A DNA stretch of 64,000 nucleotides from Candidatus Nomurabacteria bacterium (lineage in GTDB: Bacteria > Patescibacteriota > Saccharimonadia > Saccharimonadales > CAIOMD01): assembly GCA_020631975.1 (NCBI GenBank), contig JACKGO010000003.1, positions 170,973 through 234,972 of the forward strand. The letters run 5' to 3'. Every line of letters starts with the position of its first letter. The stretch's first letter is position 1. Positions 1 through 9,685 of the stretch are shown one piece after another. The notes beneath the pieces are model-generated. The model did no database searches. It had not been told where the DNA came from and saw nothing but the letters and a program-made list of their open reading frames with translations. Made by a program: the position numbers and the translations under genes.

Positions 1-1644
1 CTTACGAGTGCATTCGCAGAACAAATAGATGTTCCGTTTGTAGAAATCATTGCCAAAGATATAGAAAAAGAAACGCTCCACTTAATACCAGAGCGAATAG
101 CTCGTCAATACGGTGTTGTGGTATATGGTATTGATAAAAATGGCACAAAACTACTTGCCATGGAGGATCCAGACGATATCCAAGCAATCAGTTTTTTGCA
201 AAAACAACTCGGTAATGATGTCCGAATATCAATTGCTACAAAAACCAACATCTTGCAAGCAATAGATCAGTACCGGGAAAATATTAGTAGCGAAATTACT
301 GAAATTATTTCTGGCGAAGATGAAGATAGCGAAAGTGATGAAGTTAATGAAGAAGACCTCGCCGAAGATTCACCAGTTGCTCAAACGGTAAATTTGTTAA
401 TTGAAGGTGCTATTAAATCCGGTGCATCAGACATTCATATTGAGCCAAGAGAAAATTATGTATTAGTACGGTATAGAGTTGACGGAATTTTAAGAGAGGT
501 CAATAAGCTTCCAAAAAAAGTACAGGCAGCCCTTGTGTCGCGTATTAAAATTTTATCTAATTTAAAGATTGATGAACGCCGGGCTCCGCAAGATGGACGA
601 TTCAAGATTGGTATTAGTAACCTTATTTACGCCCTACGTGTTTCTACCCTACCTATTACAGACGGGGAAAAGGTTGTTATGCGTATTTTATCTGAATCTA
701 CCAAAGCACTTACCTTAGAACAGCTTGGTTACTGGGGTCCTTCACTCAACACGGTCAATCAAGCTATTACTCAGCCGCACGGCATGATACTCGTCACGGG
801 GCCAACTGGTTCCGGTAAATCTACAAGTTTGTTTAGCATACTAAGCTTACTAAATAACCCAACCGTCAACATTTCTACCATTGAAGATCCGGTTGAGTAT
901 AAAATACCAGGAACAAACCAAACCCAAGTTAACGTGCAAGCAGGTATGACCTTTGTTAATGGTTTGCGAGCACTGTTGCGCCAAGACCCCAATATTATTA
1001 TGGTTGGTGAGATTAGAGATAGCGAAACTGCCGGGTTGGCGGTGCAAGCAGCGCTAACTGGTCACTTAGTTTTTGCAACCCTACACACTAATAATGCTGC
1101 CACCTGTTTACCGCGTTTGCTCGATATGGGTATTGAACCTTTTCTTATCGCCAGCACTGTGCGTGCCGTTGTGGGGCAGCGTTTAGTGCGTAGATTGTGT
1201 CAGCACTGCAAGCAATCATTTAAACCTGATGACAAAATGATAAAAACTATTGCACAATCTTTTGGCATCAAAGACACTTCTGTTATGCAGTATATCTATG
1301 ATCTCGAGTCACAGGCAATTGCAGGTGGTATAGGCGTGAATCAAGAAGCATCATCTAAAACATCATCATCTTCTGCTAAAGGTATTACACGCCTCTGGAA
1401 AGCAAACCCAGAAGGCTGTGATGAATGTGGCCATGTTGGTTTTAAGGGGCGACTTGGTATTTATGAAGCACTTGGTAACTCGACAGAGCTACAAAAACTC
1501 ATAATCAGTAATGCAACCAGTGGAGTTATTAATAATCAAGCGATAAAAGAAGGCATGGTAGAAATGCTCATAGACGGTTTTGTAAAAGCTCTCAGGGGTG
1601 AAACAACTATAGAAGAAATTCTCCGTGTCACGGCAGAGGCATAG
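1..1644 (+). CDS. pilB: Type IV pilus assembly ATPase, PilB/GspE family (5' end cut by window edge)
   Basis: Frame 1 is open from nt 1 (LTSAFAEQIDVPFVEI...) into the listed ORF; Walker A GPTGSGKST; C-terminal CQHC...CDEC tetracysteine typical of GspE/PilB. Confidence 0.93.
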   Translation, partial: LTSAFAEQIDVPFVEIIAKDIEKETLHLIPERIARQYGVVVYGIDKNGTKLLAMEDPDDIQAISFLQKQLGNDVRISIATKTNILQAIDQYRENISSEITEIISGEDEDSESDEVNEEDLAEDSPVAQTVNLLIEGAIKSGASDIHIEPRENYVLVRYRVDGILREVNKLPKKVQAALVSRIKILSNLKIDERRAPQDGRFKIGISNLIYALRVSTLPITDGEKVVMRILSESTKALTLEQLGYWGPSLNTVNQAITQPHGMILVTGPTGSGKSTSLFSILSLLNNPTVNISTIEDPVEYKIPGTNQTQVNVQAGMTFVNGLRALLRQDPNIIMVGEIRDSETAGLAVQAALTGHLVFATLHTNNAATCLPRLLDMGIEPFLIASTVRAVVGQRLVRRLCQHCKQSFKPDDKMIKTIAQSFGIKDTSVMQYIYDLESQAIAGGIGVNQEASSKTSSSSAKGITRLWKANPEGCDECGHVGFKGRLGIYEALGNSTELQKLIISNATSGVINNQAIKEGMVEMLIDGFVKALRGETTIEEILRVTAEA

Positions 1645-1653
1645 CAAGAATAT

Positions 1654-2868
1654 ATGGCAAAATTTTCTTACAAAGGTATCAACCAATCAAATACCGTCAT
1701 TAAAGGAACAATAGACGCATCATCAAAACAAGCCGTTGTTGATACACTTAAAAAACAAGGTATAAAACCACTTTCGGTCCGGCAAGATGCTGGATTTAAA
1801 CTCTTTTCACTTTCGAGCAAACGAGTTAAGACAAAAGATATCACCATCTTTACCCGGCAATTATCTACTCTTATTTCAGCTGGGGTGCCATTGAATCGAT
1901 CTTTCTATACCCTGCAAGAACAAACCGATAATAAGTATTTTCAGGTAGTAATAGGCGATATTGCAAAGCAGATTGAAGGTGGCGCAAGTATTGGCGATGC
2001 TCTAAAAAAATACCCTAATGTGTTTGACGAAGTTTATATTAATATGGTGATTGCCGGTGAAGCTGGTGGTATATTAGATAAGATTCTTAAGAGGCTCGCT
2101 ACACAATTAGAAAAAAATCAGGCTATAAAAAAGAAAATCAAAAGCGCTACAACATACCCGAAAGTAGTGTTTGGCATAACTATCATTGCCTTTATAGTCG
2201 TTATGAATGTCATTGTACCGAAAATTGGTGCCATGTTACTGGAGTTAGGTGGCGAAGATGCCCAGCTACCAATCTTAACAAGAGTAATGATTGGTATTAG
2301 TGATTTTAGTAAACAATATGCTGTTTTTATAGTCATTGCCGGTCTTATTGCTGCTTATTTTATACGTAGATATATTAAAACACCCAAAGGAAAGTTAAAA
2401 TATCACACTTTACTGCTGCGTATTCCGGTGCTTAAAAACGTTATCACAAAAGTAGCTATTTCTCGTTTTGCGCGTACTTTTTCTAGTTTGATGTCTTCTG
2501 GTGTGAGCGTTATAGAAGCAATTGAAATTACAGCAGGCAGTATTGGCAATAAAGTATTAGAAAATGAGCTTCTTGCCGCTGCTAAAGATGTAAAGGCTGG
2601 CAAACAATTATCTGAACCTATTCTCAATAGTCCTCACTACCCTTCTATTGTTGGGCAAATGCTCGCAATTGGCGAAGAGACAGGTGAAACCGATAGTATT
2701 TTGGTCAAAATTGCTGACTTTTACGAAGAAGAAGTAGACGCGACGATAGAATCACTGAGCTCTATACTAGAACCTTTGATGATTGTCATTCTTGGCGGCA
2801 TGGTTGGCTTGGTAGCAGCAAGTGTTATGGGCCCGCTTGCCTCCCTTAGTGGTAGTATTACAAAATAG
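1654..2868 (+). CDS. pilC: Type IV pilus platform protein PilC (GspF family)
   Basis: 404 aa with duplicated GspF-like cytoplasmic domains and TM segments, directly downstream of pilB. Confidence 0.9.
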   Translation: MAKFSYKGINQSNTVIKGTIDASSKQAVVDTLKKQGIKPLSVRQDAGFKLFSLSSKRVKTKDITIFTRQLSTLISAGVPLNRSFYTLQEQTDNKYFQVVIGDIAKQIEGGASIGDALKKYPNVFDEVYINMVIAGEAGGILDKILKRLATQLEKNQAIKKKIKSATTYPKVVFGITIIAFIVVMNVIVPKIGAMLLELGGEDAQLPILTRVMIGISDFSKQYAVFIVIAGLIAAYFIRRYIKTPKGKLKYHTLLLRIPVLKNVITKVAISRFARTFSSLMSSGVSVIEAIEITAGSIGNKVLENELLAAAKDVKAGKQLSEPILNSPHYPSIVGQMLAIGEETGETDSILVKIADFYEEEVDATIESLSSILEPLMIVILGGMVGLVAASVMGPLASLSGSITK

Positions 2869-2898
2869 TTGACAACTGTTAAGCCATAGATATAAAAT
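2869..2898 (+). promoter_or_regulatory. Putative sigma70-type promoter of the pilin gene
   Basis: TTGACA (2869-2874), 16-nt spacer, TATAAAAT (2891-2898); AGGAGG at 2946-2951 precedes the ATG at 2963. Confidence 0.5.
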
Positions 2899-2962
2899 CA
2901 TAAGCAAGATGACTAAACAAATAGCATCGCAACTAATAACTAACTAGGAGGGTGGGATTTAT

Positions 2963-3403
2963 ATGATCTCTCTAAGAAAAGAAAATAAAGGTTTCACAAT
3001 TATAGAACTTCTGATTGTGATTGTTGTAATTGGAATTTTGGCTGCAATTGGTTTTGTAGCATATGGTAATGTCACAAAGAGCGCCCGTGACTCAGATAGA
3101 CAAGCTGATGCAAGCGCGCTGGCTAAAAAGGCAGAAGAATATTACGCAAGTAATGGCCAATATCCTGGTGACATAGCTACACTTACAGCTATGGAAGGTG
3201 TGGACGCTAAAACTACGACTAGCCCAAGCGGTAACGCAGCACAAGGCGGTGGCAGCACTCTTGGCGCATGTACTACAGAACCTGATAGCAAAGCAAATGA
3301 CTTTTACTGTTATATCGTCGTCACAGATCAGTCACAAATGGAAATTCGTTACTGGAAAGAAAATGGCAACACAGTTGAATCAATCACTGGTGTAAATAAC
3401 TAA
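2963..3403 (+). CDS. pilA: Prepilin-type N-terminal cleavage/methylation domain pilin (probable major pilin)
   Basis: Leader MISLRKENK-G|FTIIELLIVIVVIGILAAI (class III signal, Glu at +5), 146 aa, own promoter, SD and terminator. Confidence 0.88.
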   Translation: MISLRKENKGFTIIELLIVIVVIGILAAIGFVAYGNVTKSARDSDRQADASALAKKAEEYYASNGQYPGDIATLTAMEGVDAKTTTSPSGNAAQGGGSTLGACTTEPDSKANDFYCYIVVTDQSQMEIRYWKENGNTVESITGVNN

Positions 3404-3421
3404 AACTCCACTCACTAGTAT

Positions 3422-3451
3422 AAAAAACAGCCCATCTTCGGGCTGTTTTTT
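3422..3451 (+). terminator. Rho-independent terminator after the pilin gene
   Basis: CAGCCC-ATCTTC-GGGCTG stem-loop flanked by an A-run and T-run. Confidence 0.8.
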
Positions 3452-3515
3452 ATACTAGTTACGCTTATTTTGCTATAATTAGAAAAGATATACTAAGGTA
3501 CCCAACAAACAACAT

Positions 3516-4763
3516 ATGGTGGATAACAAAGGTTTTACAATGATTGAGCTACTCGTGTCTAGTGTAGTGATTGCTATATTGTCAATCTCTGTATTTAGTA
3601 CATATGTTGCAATCAATTCTACCGCCATCTTTGCGAAGCAGAAAACCATTGGTACAGAACTAGCAACAAATCAGATAGAATATCTTAAATCCTTGCCATA
3701 TGATAGTCTCGCCGTAGCGGGTGGAGCAATACCGACTTCTAATCCCTTACCTAATACAAAAACGGAAACAGTAGATAATGTAACCTATACAATTAACACG
3801 AGTATAAACTATATTGATGATGCATATGACGGGTGTGCCACATACCCAGATATTGATACCAAAAATCTTCTGTGCAGAAATTTACCGTCTCCTACAGGTG
3901 CTCCTGCTAAAGATCTAAACCCAGCCGACTACAAAATAGCGAATGTCAAAGTGCTTGTTGGAACTAAACAGGTAGCAGAACTAGATACTCAGATGGCAGC
4001 GAGAGTTGCTGAAACAGACAGTACTACTGGTGCACTTATCGTAAAAGTCATTGATAGTGCTGGTAATGCAGTTTCTGGAGCGACTGTTAATGTGGCAAAT
4101 AATACAGTGTCTCCTATAGTAGATTTAAATGACAGTACTGACACGAATGGTATTGCTATATTTTATGGTCTTAAGCCCGATACCGGAAATGACTATGTAA
4201 TTACCGCTTCAAAAAGTGGTTATTCTAGCCTAGCCACCATTAAACCACTTGGTGCATTGTCGCCAAATTATGCAAGTCAAAATATTATTGTGCAGCAATC
4301 ATCGTCGGTAACGATGACGATTAATCCAAAAGGTCAACACAGTCTTGCTGTAGAAACCGTAGACTCTTCAGGCAGTCCTATTGGAAATATGAAGCTGTAC
4401 ATGAAAGGCGGCGTTAAAAAATATAGTGGCACAACCGATACAAGTTATTACTACGACAATATGGCACCAACTGATGCAAGAGTCGTGTCTGATGGGTCGG
4501 GAATAATAACTATCGATAACCTAGACCCTGGCGAGTATATCTTTTGCGGAGATACTGGTGATACCTCCTGCCAAATAGGTACAAACCCTATACAGTACCT
4601 GGCAGCGGCTGTTCCCTATGCTGGGAATGTACAAATTGGACCAGTACAAATCCCCAGCTACGACGCTCTAATCCACCAACCCCTACCTTTCCATTTAATG
4701 GTAATAATTATTATCAAAAAGTGCGGTTATACTTTAGTACAAGTAGTACGTTTCCAAGAATAA
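3516..4763 (+). CDS. Large prepilin-like protein, N-terminal part (apparently continues in another frame, see 4721..5071)
   Basis: Leader MVDNK-G|FTMIELLVSSVVIAIL; Ig/carboxypeptidase-regulatory-like beta-rich middle; the last ~30 codons (LIHQPLPFHLMVIIIIKKCGY...) look non-native. Confidence 0.75.
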   Translation: MVDNKGFTMIELLVSSVVIAILSISVFSTYVAINSTAIFAKQKTIGTELATNQIEYLKSLPYDSLAVAGGAIPTSNPLPNTKTETVDNVTYTINTSINYIDDAYDGCATYPDIDTKNLLCRNLPSPTGAPAKDLNPADYKIANVKVLVGTKQVAELDTQMAARVAETDSTTGALIVKVIDSAGNAVSGATVNVANNTVSPIVDLNDSTDTNGIAIFYGLKPDTGNDYVITASKSGYSSLATIKPLGALSPNYASQNIIVQQSSSVTMTINPKGQHSLAVETVDSSGSPIGNMKLYMKGGVKKYSGTTDTSYYYDNMAPTDARVVSDGSGIITIDNLDPGEYIFCGDTGDTSCQIGTNPIQYLAAAVPYAGNVQIGPVQIPSYDALIHQPLPFHLMVIIIIKKCGYTLVQVVRFQE

Positions 4764-5071
4764 ACCATATCAGCAGTACAACTGCTAGCATAGCCAGTGG
4801 TAGCCATACCTTCACTGTTTCTGGCACTAACCTCCCTTGTCATGCAACCATCCCGGCGTCTTGTGGTACTTCTGTAACAGTAAAAAACCCTGCGGGTGAT
4901 ATACCAGCATCTTGTGTCTACGCAGATGCCACATCAACAGATTTATCGTGCACCATTAATGTTAGTGCAGCTACTCAAGGCCAATCGAATTTAACCCTAA
5001 GCGCCAATGGTCATACGCTTACAATTCCCAATGGCAGCGGTCTTCTAGGGGGGATTAATGTTGTACCGTAA
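4721..5071 (+). CDS. Probable C-terminal continuation of the 3516 prepilin-like protein (frame-shifted segment)
   Basis: This frame is open from 4562 and reads protein-like SNPPTPTFPFNGNNYYQKVRLYFSTSSTFPRINHISS...; there is no independent SD. Confidence 0.55.
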   Translation: MRLYFSTSSTFPRINHISSTTASIASGSHTFTVSGTNLPCHATIPASCGTSVTVKNPAGDIPASCVYADATSTDLSCTINVSAATQGQSNLTLSANGHTLTIPNGSGLLGGINVVP

Positions 5072-5654
5072 ACAGGCTGGTTTCACTGTGACTGAATTTA
5101 TTGTTGTGATGATGGTGAGCAGCTTGCTTCTCATTACGTTATTCGTCTTTACTTCGAGCTCAATAACAAGCTTTATGCAACTACAGGCAGATGGTCTTGC
5201 GCGTAGTAAACTTGCTGAAAGTTCTTTTAGGGTTACAAAAGTGCTCCGAGGTATCAATTATATAGAAAATGCTAACGCAGATAGTATTACCGCTTACGCT
5301 TATTTTGCACCAGACGATGTGTATACATCTAAAATTCGCTACTATCTCAATGGTGCGAATAACGCCCTATTAGCAGATGTCACACCCATGACAGCCGATT
5401 ATCCAATTGGCACGCTATTAACCGGCCAAACAAAGACAGTCACTGTAGTAAATAAATTTTACAAAATTTCTGGAAATCCAACTTTTTTGTATTACGACGC
5501 TAATTACAACCAATTAACCAGCCCTGTCACTGATGTACAATCTATAAAAAACATTACCACACAACTATATATTAAAAAATATGACTCAAACGCTAATGAT
5601 TATGTATCCACAAGTGTTTCTGTTAGTTTAAGGAATAGAAAGTACAACCTATGA
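5058..5654 (+). CDS. Minor pilin-like protein with prepilin-type N-terminus
   Basis: MLYRKQA-G|FTVTEFIVVMMVSSLLL leader; 198 aa; overlaps both neighbouring genes. Confidence 0.75.
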   Translation: MLYRKQAGFTVTEFIVVMMVSSLLLITLFVFTSSSITSFMQLQADGLARSKLAESSFRVTKVLRGINYIENANADSITAYAYFAPDDVYTSKIRYYLNGANNALLADVTPMTADYPIGTLLTGQTKTVTVVNKFYKISGNPTFLYYDANYNQLTSPVTDVQSIKNITTQLYIKKYDSNANDYVSTSVSVSLRNRKYNL

Positions 5655-7054
5655 AAATGAACGACGGCCATGTACTAACGTGGGTACTCGGTTTTATGGC
5701 AGCTATTGGAGTTATCTTGGTGTCGACTGCGAGTGTCATATCGCTGGTATTATCTGACGCTGTTAGTACAAATAAGAATCAGCTAACACTCAATATCGCC
5801 GATGCAGGTGTCAATTATTACTTATGGCATTTAAGTCATGCTGCGGCTGATTTTAAAGATGGAAACCCAAGTGCTACCATTAACACGACTGGCGATTTTA
5901 CTGGTTTTTATGGACCTTTTGTACACAGCTATAAAGACGACAATAATAAAGAAGTAGGTACGTATACTTTATATATAAAGCCTAAGTCAGTCGGCTCTAG
6001 CGTTGCAATAGTCAGATCTATTGGTAGTACATTAGACGGCAAATTTAGACGAACCATAGAAGCTGAAATTGGAGCCCCATCATTTGCAAGTTATAGTTTA
6101 GCTGGTGATGTAGCTTTGTGGTTTGGTAATACCGAAAACGCCAACGGCCCAGTACATTCTAATGTAGGTGTCCGAATGGACGGCGGAAATACAGATGATG
6201 TAACAAGTGCTAACGCCACGTATGTACCCCCTTCTAACTTAGGTGGTAACGGATACACAACTCGTCCTGGTGTTTGGTGTAATACAGCGGTAACGAGCCC
6301 AGTAAATTGTAACACTCGTTCTAAGGCTGATTGGCGCTACCCTGTACCATCTATTGATTTTAACGCTATAACCGGAGATCTTTGTAATATTAAAAAAACC
6401 GCATTCCTATCGTTTGCTAATACCGCAGCGTTAGCCTCTAGTCCTACCGCATGTTCTAACGTGAGCGCGCCAAGGACAGATGCATATATACCCCGTGTGG
6501 CTTCATCATTTAATGAACGGCGAGGCTATCTTATTGAGCTCAATAGTAATACGACCTACAACTTGTATAGCATTAGTAATGAAACATACAGTTATTCCAA
6601 TAACTCAAGCTATACGTCTTCATATACCAGTGCTCTAAGTCGCACATTAATTGCTAATAATATTGCCATACCACAGAGTGGCGTCATTTTTGTTGAGGAT
6701 AACGTATGGGTACGTTCAAACCCTGTTTTTAATGGCCGGGTAACCATAGCATCCGGCCGTCTGGCCAGCGCATCAGAACAAACTTCTGTCGTTATTGCTG
6801 ATTCATTAAAATACGATCAAAAAGATGGAAGCGATGCAATAGGCATCATCGCAGAAGAAGATGTCACAATTGCACCGTATGCGCCGCCAAAGCCTGGTGA
6901 CAGCACTGCGAACTATCCATTTGAGGTAAACGGCGCTCTTATAGCAAAAGATGGTCATGTTTGGTTCCCTGCAGATTATTTAGGCAGAGATACCCCAGAC
7001 TGGCGAGGTAATAGTAGTAAAAAACTTGTCTATTACGGCTCTATTGCCAACTAG
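5651..7054 (+). CDS. Large pilus-associated protein (PilX-like hydrophobic N-terminus), main part
   Basis: Single N-terminal hydrophobic helix, 467 aa, Asn/Ser/Thr-rich; ATGA overlap with the upstream pilin-like gene; ends ...KKLVYYGSIAN-TAG. Confidence 0.7.
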   Translation: MKMNDGHVLTWVLGFMAAIGVILVSTASVISLVLSDAVSTNKNQLTLNIADAGVNYYLWHLSHAAADFKDGNPSATINTTGDFTGFYGPFVHSYKDDNNKEVGTYTLYIKPKSVGSSVAIVRSIGSTLDGKFRRTIEAEIGAPSFASYSLAGDVALWFGNTENANGPVHSNVGVRMDGGNTDDVTSANATYVPPSNLGGNGYTTRPGVWCNTAVTSPVNCNTRSKADWRYPVPSIDFNAITGDLCNIKKTAFLSFANTAALASSPTACSNVSAPRTDAYIPRVASSFNERRGYLIELNSNTTYNLYSISNETYSYSNNSSYTSSYTSALSRTLIANNIAIPQSGVIFVEDNVWVRSNPVFNGRVTIASGRLASASEQTSVVIADSLKYDQKDGSDAIGIIAEEDVTIAPYAPPKPGDSTANYPFEVNGALIAKDGHVWFPADYLGRDTPDWRGNSSKKLVYYGSIAN

Positions 7055-7220
7055 ACAATCATGGACATGGCTGTGGACAAGTGGCGGCACTCCAATCGAC
7101 GGTTTTGAATATAACGAAACAAATTTTGATTACAACCTCTTATATGCACCACCACCGAGTTTTCCTATAACGAGCACCTACACAATCCTAAAATGGAGAG
7201 AAGTCCTTGTTACTCCATAA
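7026..7220 (+). CDS. Probable C-terminal module of the 5651 protein in the +1 frame
   Basis: Reads RQSWTWLWTSGGTPIDGFEYNETNFDYNLLYAPPPSFPITSTYTILKWREV directly after the TAG at 7052; no SD or plausible start of its own. Confidence 0.5.
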   Translation: MSITALLPTRQSWTWLWTSGGTPIDGFEYNETNFDYNLLYAPPPSFPITSTYTILKWREVLVTP

Positions 7221-7271
7221 ATACACCGCTTATGGTATACTATTGGTACATAAAGTGGGCAAAATAAAAGC

Positions 7272-8345
7272 ATGACACAAAGCATCCTATACAAAGATAA
7301 GCCACTGTTTGGCCTTGACGTGGGTACAAGTAGTATTAAAGTCATGCAACTTGAGCAAATAAAAAGTAACCAAAAGACCAGAAGAGTGCAAGGGTATGGA
7401 TCTATACAATACGATAAAGCAGCTATTGCTGATGGTGAAATCAAAGAGCCAGATTTGGTAGCCAAAGCTATTAAAGAACTATTTGAATCATCCCTTATTG
7501 GTGACATAACGACGCGACGAGTTGCTATGTCATTACCTGTTGCTAGGACATACAACCGTGTTTTATCGCTTCCTCTATTAAAAACGAAAGAGCTAGACGA
7601 AGCAGTACGCTTAGAAGCTGAACAATACATACCCGTACCAATAGAGGAGTTATATATTGACTATGATGTTATTTCTAGTAACGATAAAGGTCTTGAAGTA
7701 TTATTATCTGCAGCACCAAAAAAAATTGTTGATTCTTATGCTACACTCACCGAATTGCTAGGATTAGAAATTGTCGCACTAGAAACAAGTATATCTGCGT
7801 CTGGTCGTTTGGTTGGAAATGCCGAAAATAATGATGTCCCAACAATCCTGGTTGATTGCGGATCATTATCTGTGGATATTACAATCTACGACAAACAGCT
7901 TATCGTTACAGGTACCATTCCGGGTGGTGGTGATACATTCACAGAGCTCATCGCTAAAAAGTTAGACGTCAGCAATCAAATAGCACATACCATTAAAACG
8001 AAATATGGCATAGCATTTAGCAAAAAACAAGATGAAATAATACAAGCAATTGAGCCAATACTTCATTCGATGATCAAAGAAATTAAGAAAATGGTCAGAT
8101 ACTACGAAGAACGAGATGGCAGTAAGAAAAAAATTGGACAAGTTATTACACTCGGTGGCGGTGCAAACTTGCCAGGGCTAAGCGAATATCTAACAGATAA
8201 ATTACGACTACCTGCACGAATGTGTAATCCTTGGACAAATCTTGACTTCCATAAACTACAACCACCTAACGAAGTAGAAAAAACTATGTATATCACCGCC
8301 GCAGGATTATCGCTCATTAATAGCAAGGATATTTGGCATGATTAA
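7272..8345 (+). CDS. pilM: Type IV pilus assembly protein PilM (actin-like ATPase fold)
   Basis: N-terminal GLDVGTSSIKV phosphate-1 motif; 357 aa; followed by pilN and pilO. Confidence 0.88.
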   Translation: MTQSILYKDKPLFGLDVGTSSIKVMQLEQIKSNQKTRRVQGYGSIQYDKAAIADGEIKEPDLVAKAIKELFESSLIGDITTRRVAMSLPVARTYNRVLSLPLLKTKELDEAVRLEAEQYIPVPIEELYIDYDVISSNDKGLEVLLSAAPKKIVDSYATLTELLGLEIVALETSISASGRLVGNAENNDVPTILVDCGSLSVDITIYDKQLIVTGTIPGGGDTFTELIAKKLDVSNQIAHTIKTKYGIAFSKKQDEIIQAIEPILHSMIKEIKKMVRYYEERDGSKKKIGQVITLGGGANLPGLSEYLTDKLRLPARMCNPWTNLDFHKLQPPNEVEKTMYITAAGLSLINSKDIWHD

Positions 8346-8940
8346 TTTACTCCCAGCTGATGTGAAGCAAGATATCGGTTATGCCCGTAAAAATAAAGTG
8401 TTATTTTCATGGATTATTATATTACTTATCTTGTTACTCGCTATCGTCATCACAATAGGGTTTGGTCTATTTTTTATAACCCAAAGAGCAAACAACTTAA
8501 ACAGATTGGCTACAATTTCTGAACAACGAGTAGTAGATCAAAACCTTGCAGAGTACCAACAAAAAGCAGAGGTTTTCTCTAATGACTTAGACATAGCAGT
8601 AAAGTTATTAGAAAACCAACTGCTGTTTTCTAAGATTATACGTACAATTGGGTCTGTTTTGCCACCCGGTGTCACGCTTGGAACGCTAGACTACTCTGCC
8701 GAAGATGAAGTGCTGACATTAAACGTCAATGGCGCAGATCAGAGACTCATTACTACTGCATTTGAAAACATTTCTAGTAGTCAAGAAAAGACTGATAACT
8801 TATTTACAAAAGCCGATTTGTTAAAAATTGACTGTAATTCACTTGAAGGTGGCTGTACAGGTAGTATTGTTGTGCTATTAAATAAAAATTCTGAATTTTA
8901 TTTAATAAATAATGCTTTAAAAGAAAAAGGCCAAAACTAA
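8338..8940 (+). CDS. pilN: PilN-like fimbrial assembly protein
   Basis: N-terminal MINLLP motif, single TM, coiled region; overlaps the pilM stop. Confidence 0.8.
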   Translation: MINLLPADVKQDIGYARKNKVLFSWIIILLILLLAIVITIGFGLFFITQRANNLNRLATISEQRVVDQNLAEYQQKAEVFSNDLDIAVKLLENQLLFSKIIRTIGSVLPPGVTLGTLDYSAEDEVLTLNVNGADQRLITTAFENISSSQEKTDNLFTKADLLKIDCNSLEGGCTGSIVVLLNKNSEFYLINNALKEKGQN

Positions 8941-9533
8941 TGAACCCAAAGAAAATGTATTACCTACTTGTAGCAGCACTTGTTGTGACGTTGCTCGCAA
9001 TTGGTGGCGTGCTATATCTTGGTAGAGGTGTAATGCTTGCTGCATCAGAAAAAGTCATAGATGCTAAATTAAATATCATTAAAGCAGAAAAAACAGAAGA
9101 AACGTATCTTAAAAATAAACAGATATACCTAGCTAATTCAGCTACAGCAGAGAAATTAAACTACCTTGTACCTACAGGTAAAGAGCAAGCTGCAGCTGTA
9201 GAAACTATTTATAGTTTCGCGAACAATGCAAATCTTACGATTACATCTGTTGTTTTTCCAGGCTCTAGCCTAGACCCTACGGTAAAGCAAAAAACTAAAG
9301 TAGACATTTCTCAGGCAACGCCCGTAAAAGACTTAAAAGGGGTATATGAAATTCCTATAGAAGTAAGTATCAGCGGCGGGGGTAAGAACTCTATCTCGAC
9401 AAATCAAATACTCAACCTCATTGAATCAATTGAAGCTAGCCCCAGAAATATGCGAATTACTGCTATTACCTACGATTCTACTAGCGGAGAAATCCGATTA
9501 AATATATCATTATTCGTAAAGAAGCCATCATGA
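8940..9533 (+). CDS. pilO: PilO-like pilus assembly protein
   Basis: N-terminal TM followed by a coiled coil and a small alpha/beta domain; called from position after pilN. Confidence 0.6.
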   Translation: MNPKKMYYLLVAALVVTLLAIGGVLYLGRGVMLAASEKVIDAKLNIIKAEKTEETYLKNKQIYLANSATAEKLNYLVPTGKEQAAAVETIYSFANNANLTITSVVFPGSSLDPTVKQKTKVDISQATPVKDLKGVYEIPIEVSISGGGKNSISTNQILNLIESIEASPRNMRITAITYDSTSGEIRLNISLFVKKPS

Positions 9534-9685
9534 AAAATATAACAGCAAAATTCACCGACAGTCTTCAGCAAATTGTACATTTTATCGTAAGGTACAGGGT
9601 AACATTGTTTATTGTTATATCTGCATCTATACTTGGTGTTGTACTACTTAGGCATTACCGCTATGTCAGACGCCGAACCATCTGA
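9530..9685 (+). CDS. Small TM protein coupled to pilO (51 codons in the 0 frame)
   Basis: ATGA overlap with the pilO stop; MKNITAKFTDSLQQIVHFIVRYRVTLFIVISASILGVVLL then RHYRYVRRRTI-stop. Confidence 0.5.
   Translation: MKNITAKFTDSLQQIVHFIVRYRVTLFIVISASILGVVLLRHYRYVRRRTI

Noticed and set aside
7178-7630. 150-aa minus-strand ORF overlapping the pilM start
   Set aside because: It is antisense to the conserved pilM N-terminus and to the C-terminal module of the upstream pilus gene, and it has no supporting signals.
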